A stretch of 44,837 nt of DNA from a virus (lineage: Duplodnaviria; Caudoviricetes): positions 1 to 44,837 of IMG/VR virus record IMGVR_UViG_3300025018_000230; one strand, written 5' to 3'. A model generated the notes under the pieces. The model was given only the letters and a program-made list of their open reading frames with translations, made no database searches and had not been told where the DNA came from. The position numbers and the translations under genes are program-made. Positions 15,999 to 23,371 of the stretch are shown in pieces (the stretch's first letter is position 1; each line of letters opens with the position of its first letter).

Positions 15999-16312
15999 CA
16001 GTCCACCCTCGACACTTCAAACGAACTATCCGTCTGCGTGATGCTGACCCAGGCGTGAGGGTAGAAGCGGATGATCTCGTTGTCATGCAGCGTGGCCACA
16101 GCGATTGGCTGCATTGGCGAGTCGCCGGGGTAGGCTAGCTCACCGACAGGCCCGGCTTTCCAGCCCTTCATCGGTCGCCAACCCCCACCGTGCTGATAGG
16201 CATCATCGAGTTGCTGCGCAGCGGTGCGTGGATCGGCCTCGGAGAAGAAGTGTGGGATGAGTCCAAGGACTTCTTCGTTGCAGCGGGTGTCAAGGATTTT
16301 GAATTTAATCAT
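15998..16312 (-). CDS. Hypothetical protein
   Basis: 104 aa with AAGGA SD; Y.HGGGW and YPGD motifs. Confidence 0.75.
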   Translation of the reverse strand: MIKFKILDTRCNEEVLGLIPHFFSEADPRTAAQQLDDAYQHGGGWRPMKGWKAGPVGELAYPGDSPMQPIAVATLHDNEIIRFYPHAWVSITQTDSSFEVSRVD

Positions 16313-16330
16313 GTCGGTGGTGTCCTTCGG

Positions 16331-16561
16331 TTAAAATTGTGGGGCTTCTTCGATTTCACTGAAGTCCGCCAGTGCGACGAAGGGCGTTTGCATTTGTTTG
16401 ACCAGCGCAGCGCGGTGTTCGTCTGCGATAGTTTCTGCAAGACTGAGCAGGCGTTGGTTGTCGTCGTCAGTTAGTTTAATGCTCATGTGGTTATCGTCTC
16501 CTGTGTCGAGGATCAAAACGCCATTGCCGTAGCCGTATACTGTAACTGATGATATTCTCAT
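16331..16561 (-). CDS. Hypothetical protein
   Basis: 76 aa, AGGAG SD, coupled. Confidence 0.7.
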   Translation of the reverse strand: MRISSVTVYGYGNGVLILDTGDDNHMSIKLTDDDNQRLLSLAETIADEHRAALVKQMQTPFVALADFSEIEEAPQF

Positions 16562-16920
16562 TTCACTTCTCCTTTAAGTTTTGCAGCAAGCTGCGTTGCG
16601 ATGTTGAATAATTCGTCGTCGTCGTGCGTCATAGGCTTCCCGCCAGCAGGCCGGAATGTCCCTTGGTGCTCCCGTATGCGGAAGGTAACGGTCTCCGTTT
16701 CCACGCGGGGGAGGATCAGGCGGTCGTAAGGGCATAGGGAGCCATCGGCGTGATGGATTTCACGAAAGAGCTGGCGGAAGCGGTAGAAACGATGAGCGAA
16801 ATTCTGCGCAGTCCCGGTGTCGGTGCACTCGTAGCTGCCGCCTCCGTGCGCGAGGGCCAGGTCGGCGACCTCGCGAACGTCAGCGTAGATGCCGAGGCGG
16901 GCGCTGGTTTTCTTTCTCAT
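16558..16920 (-). CDS. Hypothetical protein
   Basis: 120 aa with AGGAG SD. Confidence 0.7.
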   Translation of the reverse strand: MRKKTSARLGIYADVREVADLALAHGGGSYECTDTGTAQNFAHRFYRFRQLFREIHHADGSLCPYDRLILPRVETETVTFRIREHQGTFRPAGGKPMTHDDDELFNIATQLAAKLKGEVK

Positions 16921-17003
16921 TCTTGCACTCCTAGGAGGATGAAGCAGGTTAGGTATATAGCCATCACGATTGCAGCCATCCAGTAGTCAGGGTCGTTTCT
17001 CAT
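16917..17003 (-). CDS. 28-aa single-TM peptide
   Basis: MRNDPDYWMAAIVMAIYLTCFILLGVQE; ATGA overlaps at both ends. Confidence 0.55.
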   Translation of the reverse strand: MRNDPDYWMAAIVMAIYLTCFILLGVQE

Positions 17004-17260
17004 ATATTCACCTTTATGTTTGAGAATTTGCGGGCGATGCCGCTTGGCACGTAAGTATCCATGCGAGTTCCGCGCTGTTCGCTATGTGCAGCGGCCTCAA
17101 GGAACGGACCTTCCAATTCCGCCCAAGTTCCGATGGTTGCGTAGGCTGGGCGCAGGCGCGTGGTAGGGCATACGACTGCGTAGAGGCCCTCGCGCACTTT
17201 GAACATGGAGGTGCCCTTCGCGGGGTAGCGGGCCATTACGCGCTGCTCATCTTCCGTCAT
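17000..17260 (-). CDS. Hypothetical protein, C-terminus SNIKVNI
   Basis: 86 aa in the operon. Confidence 0.7.
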   Translation of the reverse strand: MTEDEQRVMARYPAKGTSMFKVREGLYAVVCPTTRLRPAYATIGTWAELEGPFLEAAAHSEQRGTRMDTYVPSGIARKFSNIKVNI

Positions 17261-17441
17261 AGTAATCTGCCCTTTCTTGTATGGTGCCGAGGGGCACTAC
17301 GTTTACTGGAGTCGCTGCAGCCCACGCGACGAAGCGGCGGGTGTATTCTTCCGCGTTTAGTTCGCTAGCGCGAGGTGCGCGGCCTCGCGTTCTGTCATAG
17401 GGGTCATCGTAGATTAGTAAGGATTGCCAATTGGTATTCAT
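17247..17441 (-). CDS. Hypothetical protein
   Basis: 64 aa with AGGAG SD. Confidence 0.6.
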   Translation of the reverse strand: MNTNWQSLLIYDDPYDRTRGRAPRASELNAEEYTRRFVAWAAATPVNVVPLGTIQERADYYDGR

Positions 17442-17734
17442 AGGTTTTTCTCCTGTTCTGTCAATGCGCGAAGGGCGGCGGCAATTGTCTTTCTGCGCGA
17501 TGCTGATTGGGTATAAAGCGGTGCAGTCCGTAGAGATGCCCCGCTGAAACCGTGGACTTCATAATTGCCGAGTTTGTGGCCGTGACAGAAACCACGCTTG
17601 CGAGCGGTGGTGTGTTCGCACGGATCAGAATGGGTTCGGTTGCCGTCATGCAGCGCAATCGCTATCTCCGCATCAATCTCCCGATCCGATCCGTCAAGCG
17701 CCTCTATGCGGGCGGCTAGGTCTTTGGGGGTCAT
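17438..17734 (-). CDS. Hypothetical protein
   Basis: DL.ARIEALDG.DREIDAEIA motif; ATGA-coupled. Confidence 0.7.
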   Translation of the reverse strand: MTPKDLAARIEALDGSDREIDAEIAIALHDGNRTHSDPCEHTTARKRGFCHGHKLGNYEVHGFSGASLRTAPLYTQSASRRKTIAAALRALTEQEKNL

Positions 17735-18066
17735 TGGGGTTGTCCAAGGTGTCCGAACAACCAATTATACACTTTCAATAGGTTACGCCCCAGATACGTG
17801 CAGGCGTTGAACCCATCTTCTCCGTTAACCAAAACTTTCGAGCAAGCGCCGCAGTCAAGTAGTTGATCGCGGAAGTTTTTGGAAATAACATCACCATCAA
17901 AGAGCGGCCCCCTCTCCGCCAATTGAAGAAGTGCTTCATGCAAAAACCGATTCCTTATCGCATAGTTGATCATTAGAATAAGCCGCACGTTTTCCTCTTT
18001 GCTGTTAAGGTCCGGCCTTTCGCCGTTCTGCAAATTTGAACAATAGTCTTTCCAAAAATCAGTCAT
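17731..18066 (-). CDS. Hypothetical protein
   Basis: MTDFWKDY..., GGAGG SD, coupled. Confidence 0.7.
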   Translation of the reverse strand: MTDFWKDYCSNLQNGERPDLNSKEENVRLILMINYAIRNRFLHEALLQLAERGPLFDGDVISKNFRDQLLDCGACSKVLVNGEDGFNACTYLGRNLLKVYNWLFGHLGQPQ

Positions 18067-18365
18067 ACTTCCTCCACCTGTTCGATAATGGCAGCGATTG
18101 CCGTGGTTGTTTCGTTGCGGAAAAGCTGCCACATAAACTTTTCGGCATTTCTCATTTTCAGTCTCGTCAGCCTATCCGGCACTCCACCCCGATCAACGCA
18201 CAACGCCCGAGCCACCTTCTCCACCATATCCGGCGAGCGCAGGGCTGCTATGAGGCTGGCGCGTCTAAAATTAAGGGCAAAATAGTCGAAGTCATCACCC
18301 CGTGATTGCTGCCACAAATCCTCTTCTGTAGTCCCAGGAAAATCATGGTGGCAAAATCCGCTCAC
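18063..18365 (-). CDS. Hypothetical protein
   Basis: MVEKVARALC motif; coupled. Confidence 0.65.
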   Translation of the reverse strand: MSGFCHHDFPGTTEEDLWQQSRGDDFDYFALNFRRASLIAALRSPDMVEKVARALCVDRGGVPDRLTRLKMRNAEKFMWQLFRNETTTAIAAIIEQVEEV

Positions 18366-18835
18366 AATCCCCGCTCCTTCAATATGGTGCGGAGTTCGGT
18401 GATCATGGCGTCGTTATCTGACCCTTTCCCTTGCCGCATCCAATACGCTCTGCTCGGAAGGTGACACGCATCCAGCAACCGAGCACACTCTTCCCGCTCC
18501 CGAGCGTCCGGGTCTGGCGGGGGAGGGATGAGGGCGATTTCCTTGGCGAGTTCGCGTATTGCAGCGACTGTCCACGTCCCGCAACGGCTATCAATCCAAG
18601 CCCAGCTTCGGAACTCACACCGCCGCGCCGCTTCATCTAGCGCCCACAGTGGCGGGCCGTAATATGGATGGTCAGCGCGTAGGGCGTATTTCGTTGCTGG
18701 GTGCCAGTTGACATGCTTCACCGAGCAATACTGAATGTCTCCAGTAGTAAATTCGCACTTTAGTTCGTCATCATCAGCCACGCCCTCGGGCCGTGCACCT
18801 GTTCCGGCGAACCAGTCGCCCCATTGCTCGGTCAT
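18362..18835 (-). CDS. Hypothetical protein
   Basis: 157 aa, coupled. Confidence 0.7.
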   Translation of the reverse strand: MTEQWGDWFAGTGARPEGVADDDELKCEFTTGDIQYCSVKHVNWHPATKYALRADHPYYGPPLWALDEAARRCEFRSWAWIDSRCGTWTVAAIRELAKEIALIPPPPDPDAREREECARLLDACHLPSRAYWMRQGKGSDNDAMITELRTILKERGL

Positions 18836-18981
18836 TGCATCGCTTCCTTTTCCGCCTTCACAGCGACATACCTATGCTGCTTCGGGTCCGGCACAGAAAA
18901 CCACCGCCCTTTGCGGTCATCGAATTTCCAGTGGCCGAAGTTTTCGGCGGCGTAAGCTTCTTTTGGTGATTGCTGTGTCAT
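18832..18981 (-). CDS. Hypothetical protein (49 aa, not in track)
   Basis: MTQQSPKEAY...; ATGA overlaps at both ends. Confidence 0.55.
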   Translation of the reverse strand: MTQQSPKEAYAAENFGHWKFDDRKGRWFSVPDPKQHRYVAVKAEKEAMQ

Positions 18982-19163
18982 ATCATTCCATCCTTTCTCA
19001 GTTGTCGGTAATGGTCTATCATTGCCCCGCGTTTATCGATCATCCGTTCCCATGCGCTGTCGGCGGTCCGTTCGTAGACAGCGGCCTCGTCGGCGTCGGG
19101 ATGCTCGTCCATATATTCCGCGATCAGTTCTTCATGCGCTTCGATGTAAAGTTCCTTGCTCAT
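18978..19163 (-). CDS. Hypothetical protein
   Basis: MSKELYIEAHEE..., GGAGG SD. Confidence 0.7.
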   Translation of the reverse strand: MSKELYIEAHEELIAEYMDEHPDADEAAVYERTADSAWERMIDKRGAMIDHYRQLRKDGMI

Positions 19164-19417
19164 CCCATCCTCCATTCAGTTGCGTCATAGGCAGCGCGGC
19201 TGCCCATGACTGTTTCAAACTCCTCGGCGATTGCGTTGAATGACGTTCTATCTGCGATGAAAGTTGGATCATTCCACTGGCGGTTAACCTCCGCCCAACG
19301 AGTCTCACCCATGCGCTTGCGGGCCTGGGCTATTTGCGCGTCGAGGGAGTTGTTTTGTTCCTTACGGGCGTCTTTGTCAGCAGCGATTATTGCGCGGTAT
19401 TGTTGAACGTGGGTCAT
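19160..19417 (-). CDS. Hypothetical protein
   Basis: 85 aa, coupled. Confidence 0.65.
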   Translation of the reverse strand: MTHVQQYRAIIAADKDARKEQNNSLDAQIAQARKRMGETRWAEVNRQWNDPTFIADRTSFNAIAEEFETVMGSRAAYDATEWRMG

Positions 19418-19638
19418 GGCTTTTTCCCTTCGGCGGTGATGGCGTCGGCGATGCGATATGCGTTTTTTGCGCCATGCTGCTCTATCCACTGGACATCAAC
19501 CTCGGCTAGAGAACCGCCATATGCCACCAAAGCCTGTCCGGCATACCACTGGCGAAGGGTCACGGTGGGAGGGGCGGGGTCGACACGGAGTTGATCTTCC
19601 GCTGGTGTCCTTCCTCTCGGGTTAGCATAATCGCTCAT
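19414..19638 (-). CDS. Conserved-type phage protein (TLR..AGQAL family)
   Basis: TLRQWYAGQAL...AY.IADA motif. Confidence 0.7.
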   Translation of the reverse strand: MSDYANPRGRTPAEDQLRVDPAPPTVTLRQWYAGQALVAYGGSLAEVDVQWIEQHGAKNAYRIADAITAEGKKP

Positions 19639-20030
19639 GATTGTTGCTCCTTGGTCAGCCGACAAATTTCAGCGAATAGTGCCGCAGAAATATACGGCTC
19701 TTCAGAGACACCAATGCCGCCATCATCATCGCCAAATAGACAGGCTTGCTTGACCTCCTCCAAAGCAGCCAGCATAGGCTCATAAGCGTTGACTGCGGTT
19801 ACGATCAGGCGGGCGTTCTTTGCGCTCGTTGGTCCGTTCCCTGTGTAACAAATAACGGGTTCACCGTCTCCGGGGATAGAACAGCCGTGAAGCTCCGCAT
19901 TGCCTTGAACTGCTGATGCTGTAAGACACTCAATTACGTGCTCAACCGTCTCTATTTTTTCGCCCCCGGCCCTAACAAAATAGTTCAACTGCCAAGGCCG
20001 CGCGGTTGCGCCCTTCAGAATATCGCTCAT
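19635..20030 (-). CDS. Hypothetical protein (Ead/Ea22-like pattern)
   Basis: AT.RPW...NARLIV.AVN...L.AL motif. Confidence 0.65.
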   Translation of the reverse strand: MSDILKGATARPWQLNYFVRAGGEKIETVEHVIECLTASAVQGNAELHGCSIPGDGEPVICYTGNGPTSAKNARLIVTAVNAYEPMLAALEEVKQACLFGDDDGGIGVSEEPYISAALFAEICRLTKEQQS

Positions 20031-20203
20031 CCCCATATCCTTTCAATCCGTTCGCAGCGAGGGAAGTGATCTTCCTCCTTCGCAAGTTGTGGGACGTATG
20101 TCCCCTCGCAGCCATAGCCGATGAAGCGAGGAGCGAATTGCATGGCGAGCACTGCGTTCATGAAGATGAACGTGGCGCAGGCCGTGGCGATTAGTTGTTT
20201 CAT
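20027..20203 (-). CDS. 58-aa secreted or membrane-anchored protein (not in track)
   Basis: MKQLIATACATFIFMNAVLA signal/TM segment, then GCEG...FPRC; AGGAGG SD. Confidence 0.65.
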   Translation of the reverse strand: MKQLIATACATFIFMNAVLAMQFAPRFIGYGCEGTYVPQLAKEEDHFPRCERIERIWG

Positions 20204-20212
20204 GTAGTCCTC

Positions 20213-20563
20213 CTAAATATCAATCTTAATGGCAGCGGGATCAATGCCCCGCGCCTTCCATTTGGCGCTATGCGCCTCGGCAGCTTCCGCGGCCTTGCGC
20301 GCTTTGACTTCCGTGATTTCGGCTTCCAGCGCCGCGTTATTGCGGCTTTGCCGCTCCCATATTTCCGCAATCTGCTGCGTGGGATACGCGCCAATGTAGC
20401 CGCGCTGAACGCCCATGCGCTCTTCGTAAGCTTCCGCATCGCGGAGCATCTTTTCCAGGAAGCGCGCACCCGCCTCATTCGCGCTGATGTTGATCGAGCG
20501 GTTCTGCGGCAGGTGAACGGTTAGGCCGAAGGGGCCGAGGGATACGCGGAGTTCGATGGTCAT
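20213..20563 (-). CDS. Hypothetical protein, C-terminus AAIKIDI
   Basis: 116 aa with GGAGG SD. Confidence 0.75.
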   Translation of the reverse strand: MTIELRVSLGPFGLTVHLPQNRSINISANEAGARFLEKMLRDAEAYEERMGVQRGYIGAYPTQQIAEIWERQSRNNAALEAEITEVKARKAAEAAEAHSAKWKARGIDPAAIKIDI

Positions 20564-20928
20564 GGCGCTGGCACCTCCAGGCCGTATATGTGCGCCAGCT
20601 TCGCAATGTTTTCCTCGAACAGGCGTATGAAGTCAGCCTCCCTGAAAACCGTATCATGCGCGCATTGAAGCGCGTCGAGAAACTCAATGTCATCGGAAGT
20701 TATTTCACCATAGCGGCTGTTAATGGCATCAGCGATGCTTGGCAGCGATTCGAGGTCATTCCCCTCAAAATTCTCACTATATTGTGCGGGGTCAAACAGG
20801 TGGCCAAGAGCGCACTTAACGCCGTTGCCGAAATACAGGCAACTTATAGGTTCAATGCGCGTCATCGCTGGCCCGCCCTGCGCCCGTATACCTTTGACCG
20901 CGTCGGTCAGTGCTAGTTGACGGTTCAT
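20560..20928 (-). CDS. Conserved-type phage hypothetical protein
   Basis: C.Y...KCA.G.L...LQ.AHD motif; GGAGG SD. Confidence 0.75.
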   Translation of the reverse strand: MNRQLALTDAVKGIRAQGGPAMTRIEPISCLYFGNGVKCALGHLFDPAQYSENFEGNDLESLPSIADAINSRYGEITSDDIEFLDALQCAHDTVFREADFIRLFEENIAKLAHIYGLEVPAP

Positions 20929-20929
20929 A

Positions 20930-21127
20930 TCAATACCTCCCAAGCGGCGAGACGAGTGGCTCACTGCAGCGTGGCTCCACCAGCCGGTCATGGAAGCGCT
21001 CCAGGACGATGGCCTGCCAGTCGTTAGACTCCTCGTCGAGGTCCATATCATAGTCCATCGCCTCGGGGATGAAGGCGGGATCGCAGTCCCAGGCCGTGGT
21101 CGGATCATGTTCAATATATACTTGCAT
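20930..21127 (-). CDS. Acidic 65-aa early protein
   Basis: MQVYIEHD...DYDMDLDEESND; TGATG-coupled. Confidence 0.65.
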   Translation of the reverse strand: MQVYIEHDPTTAWDCDPAFIPEAMDYDMDLDEESNDWQAIVLERFHDRLVEPRCSEPLVSPLGRY

Positions 21128-21324
21128 CAGACAACCCTTTCCAAACGAACCATTGTGTCCTGCATCGCCGCGAAACTGGCGCGCAGTCGAAAGGCGCACC
21201 CCTCGGCATAGCCTGCCGCGTATGCATCCGCGAGCGGCTTGGCCCGCACTCCGCATAGATGCAGCTGGTTGAATAATCCGTCGGCATGGCCGAGGCTGTG
21301 AAAGTGTTTTTCACTGTTTGACAT
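21127..21324 (-). CDS. First gene of the main early operon, hypothetical
   Basis: MSNSEKHF..., GAGGAG SD, downstream of promoter. Confidence 0.65.
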   Translation of the reverse strand: MSNSEKHFHSLGHADGLFNQLHLCGVRAKPLADAYAAGYAEGCAFRLRASFAAMQDTMVRLERVV

Positions 21325-21428
21325 TTTGTGACTCCTCAATTATGCGAGCTACCCGCGTTGGCGGCTCACTGTGGTTCGGAACCGGCCCATTTAGCTGCTA
21401 TCAGCTAGGCGGCCCGGCCCATTTTTTG

Positions 21429-21457
21429 ACACTATCACATCCCGGCCCGAATTGCAA
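21429..21457 (-). promoter_or_regulatory. Sigma70-type early promoter
   Basis: TTGCAA-N17-TAGTGT; same -10 hexamer as the 13454-13482 promoter. Confidence 0.75.
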
Positions 21458-21510
21458 CATGATTTGGCAGCTATCGATATGGCGCAATCGCCAATCCGTT
21501 GCCATTGGTT

Positions 21511-21920
21511 GCCATTGGCTACACGCGGCTACACGGCGTTACGCACGGCGTGTCTCGCCCCCTATGTTTTCAGCATCAACCCCATGTTTTACCCCAGAAC
21601 GGGGGTTTGTATGGCTCCCACCTTCGCGCCGTTCTTTTCGCCTCAGGTGGCATACCTCCCTTTTTTCGCGCGCGTTTAAAAAAAAAAAAAATTCTATAAA
21701 AGCTTAAAAGAAAAGACGGACCATACAGGTGATGGGGGAAAAGGTGAAACGCAGGGGCGAGCCATACTCCCGACACGGGCGGCGAGCCATACGCGAGACT
21801 CGGAGCCATACAAAGTGGCACTTTGGGGCAGAAAGTGGTCACCATGCGAAAAACATCATAGGCCAGACGGGCGATGCGGTAACGCGTGGCAGCCAATGCG
21901 CGCCAAGTGTAGCCAATGGC
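21511..21920. repeat. Degenerate long inverted repeat around A-tract with GAGCCATAC repeats (candidate origin)
   Basis: Perfect inverted pairs 21511-21524/21907-21920 and 21606-21618/21802-21814; A14 at 21678-21691; GAGCCATAC at 21759, 21784 and 21803. Confidence 0.75.
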
Positions 21921-22111
21921 TGCGGGGATGGGTGCGGTCATAGGACGCGCTAGGGGACGCTATATGGCGGACGGGCACTAGGGGACCGGGCGGGATGGAT
22001 CGTGCGGCATATCGCCGCATTGGCCGAAATTTGGCGGGATGTCACCCCCGATGCCAGGACGATCTATGCCATGCGATGCAACGCGATATGGCACATACCT
22101 GCGCCAAACAC

Positions 22112-22148
22112 AAAAAATCCCGCCTAGCGCGATGCCAAGCGGGATTTT
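22112..22148 (-). terminator. Intrinsic terminator (possibly bidirectional)
   Basis: AAAATCCCGCTTGGC-ATCGC-GCTAGGCGGGATTTTTT on the minus strand. Confidence 0.8.
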
Positions 22149-22166
22149 GAATTGACAGGAAAAGGG

Positions 22167-22466
22167 CTATTCGACCACAAGGCCTCGTTCATCCATAACG
22201 ACAATCCCATGTTCACATGTTAAAAGAATTGACGAGCCGTCGTCAAATAGCGCACATCCATAAACGCCTGCGCCATCCCTAGCGTTGATAGCCTTATTAA
22301 TCGTTTCAATGTCAGGAACATATTTGTGCGAATGATAGGTGCGATAACCCTCGAATTTATGGGCCATATGTTCCGTTGCTGTTGGCTCCATAGCGCGTGC
22401 GTTGTCTGGCCATGTAACCGTGCAATAGGCGCGCATCATAGAGGCGGCAAAATCGGCTTGTGACAT
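22167..22466 (-). CDS. Hypothetical protein (99 aa)
   Basis: MSQADFAAS..., AGGAG SD. The track's longer start is not supported. Confidence 0.65.
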   Translation of the reverse strand: MSQADFAASMMRAYCTVTWPDNARAMEPTATEHMAHKFEGYRTYHSHKYVPDIETINKAINARDGAGVYGCALFDDGSSILLTCEHGIVVMDERGLVVE

Positions 22467-22479
22467 AACATTGACTCCT

Positions 22480-22517
22480 AAAAAGAATTGGCGGCGCGAG
22501 ACAATTCCCGCGCCACC
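22480..22517 (-). terminator. Intrinsic terminator
   Basis: GGTGGCGCGGGA-ATTG-TCTCGCGCCGCC followed by AATTCTTTTT. Confidence 0.7.
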
Positions 22518-22524
22518 CATTAAA

Positions 22525-23037
22525 TTAAATCTTAACGGCAATCCCGCCAAGCGCAGCTTTCTTAGCCGCTTCGGCTTCAATGGCCTCATCGACCGCCGGG
22601 CCAAATGCATCCGCATTGTCCGCCCAGACCTTGTCAATGATTGCATAGCGCCCGGCACCATCGGCATCGTTATATTTATCGCGTTCCGGCGTTCCTTTCG
22701 CGTAACTCGCCCGGAACCAATCGCCAACGATCTTGCGCGCCATGCGGTCCCTGGCCGACAAGCCGGACCCCGCACCACGTTCACGGCCCCAACTTCCGCC
22801 TTCCAACGTTTCCACAATGGCTTGCATTAGGCTAACCGTCGCCTGTTCAACCGTCATATCATCGGACTCATCCGCCACACGTTTCGCACCCGCCGCCGCA
22901 TCGGCAACCTTTTGCGTCAGGCCGTGCAAGACGGCCTTGGCCACAAGAGTTGCATCCAACTTGGACAGATCAAGTGTTACGCTTTGTTCACGCGATGTCA
23001 CCTCAAGCGACTCAGGTAGTGTAATTGTGTATTCCAT
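22525..23037 (-). CDS. Helical Ala-rich protein (170 aa), monocistronic, C-terminus GGIAVKI
   Basis: ATG at 23037 with AGGAG SD, own promoter and terminator. Confidence 0.85.
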   Translation of the reverse strand: MEYTITLPESLEVTSREQSVTLDLSKLDATLVAKAVLHGLTQKVADAAAGAKRVADESDDMTVEQATVSLMQAIVETLEGGSWGRERGAGSGLSARDRMARKIVGDWFRASYAKGTPERDKYNDADGAGRYAIIDKVWADNADAFGPAVDEAIEAEAAKKAALGGIAVKI

Positions 23038-23078
23038 TTTATAGACTCCTAAAATCACCGGACCATTCCGGCTATCGC

Positions 23079-23108
23079 ATAATACGCACATCACACAAAC
23101 AATGTCAA
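23079..23108 (-). promoter_or_regulatory. Sigma70-type promoter
   Basis: TTGACA-N18-TATTAT. Confidence 0.75.
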
Positions 23109-23336
23109 CAGAGCTCTAACGCATTGATATTGCACGATAAACCTGTGCGCCTATGCAATCCCATTGCGTTCATCTTTTCCCGAGTCTTTATGAACAGACC
23201 CGTTATTGCGAGCATTATCACGCGCGCGATCAGAGGGCCTTTCGCTGGTGGGGGAGGGGCCGCGACTATACATGCACCCTAGAAAATTCTGTGGCCAAAA
23301 CTCCTATATGGTTCCCAGCCATACCCATTATTCCCC

Positions 23337-23365
23337 TTGCGCGGCGGGCGCTCCTGTGATAGCGT
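23337..23365 (+). promoter_or_regulatory. Putative late-operon promoter giving a leaderless terS transcript
   Basis: TTGCGC-N17-TAGCGT with the ATG 7 nt downstream and no SD. Confidence 0.5.
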
Positions 23366-23371
23366 GGCCGC

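Noticed and set aside
20190-20203. Apparent frameshift just after the start of the 58-aa ORF
   Set aside because: Recounting gives ATG AAA CAA CTA in frame, so the gene is intact.
21750-21815. Mini CRISPR array
   Set aside because: Repeats are only 9-12 bp with 19-25 bp periods and there is no cas operon. The Cas4-like nuclease sits in a recombination module.
21318-21953. Track ORFs 21318-21707, 21452-21679, 21499-21699, 21576-21941 and 21729-21953
   Set aside because: No convincing SD, and several run through the poly-A tract. Their mutual peptide resemblance reflects the DNA inverted repeat.
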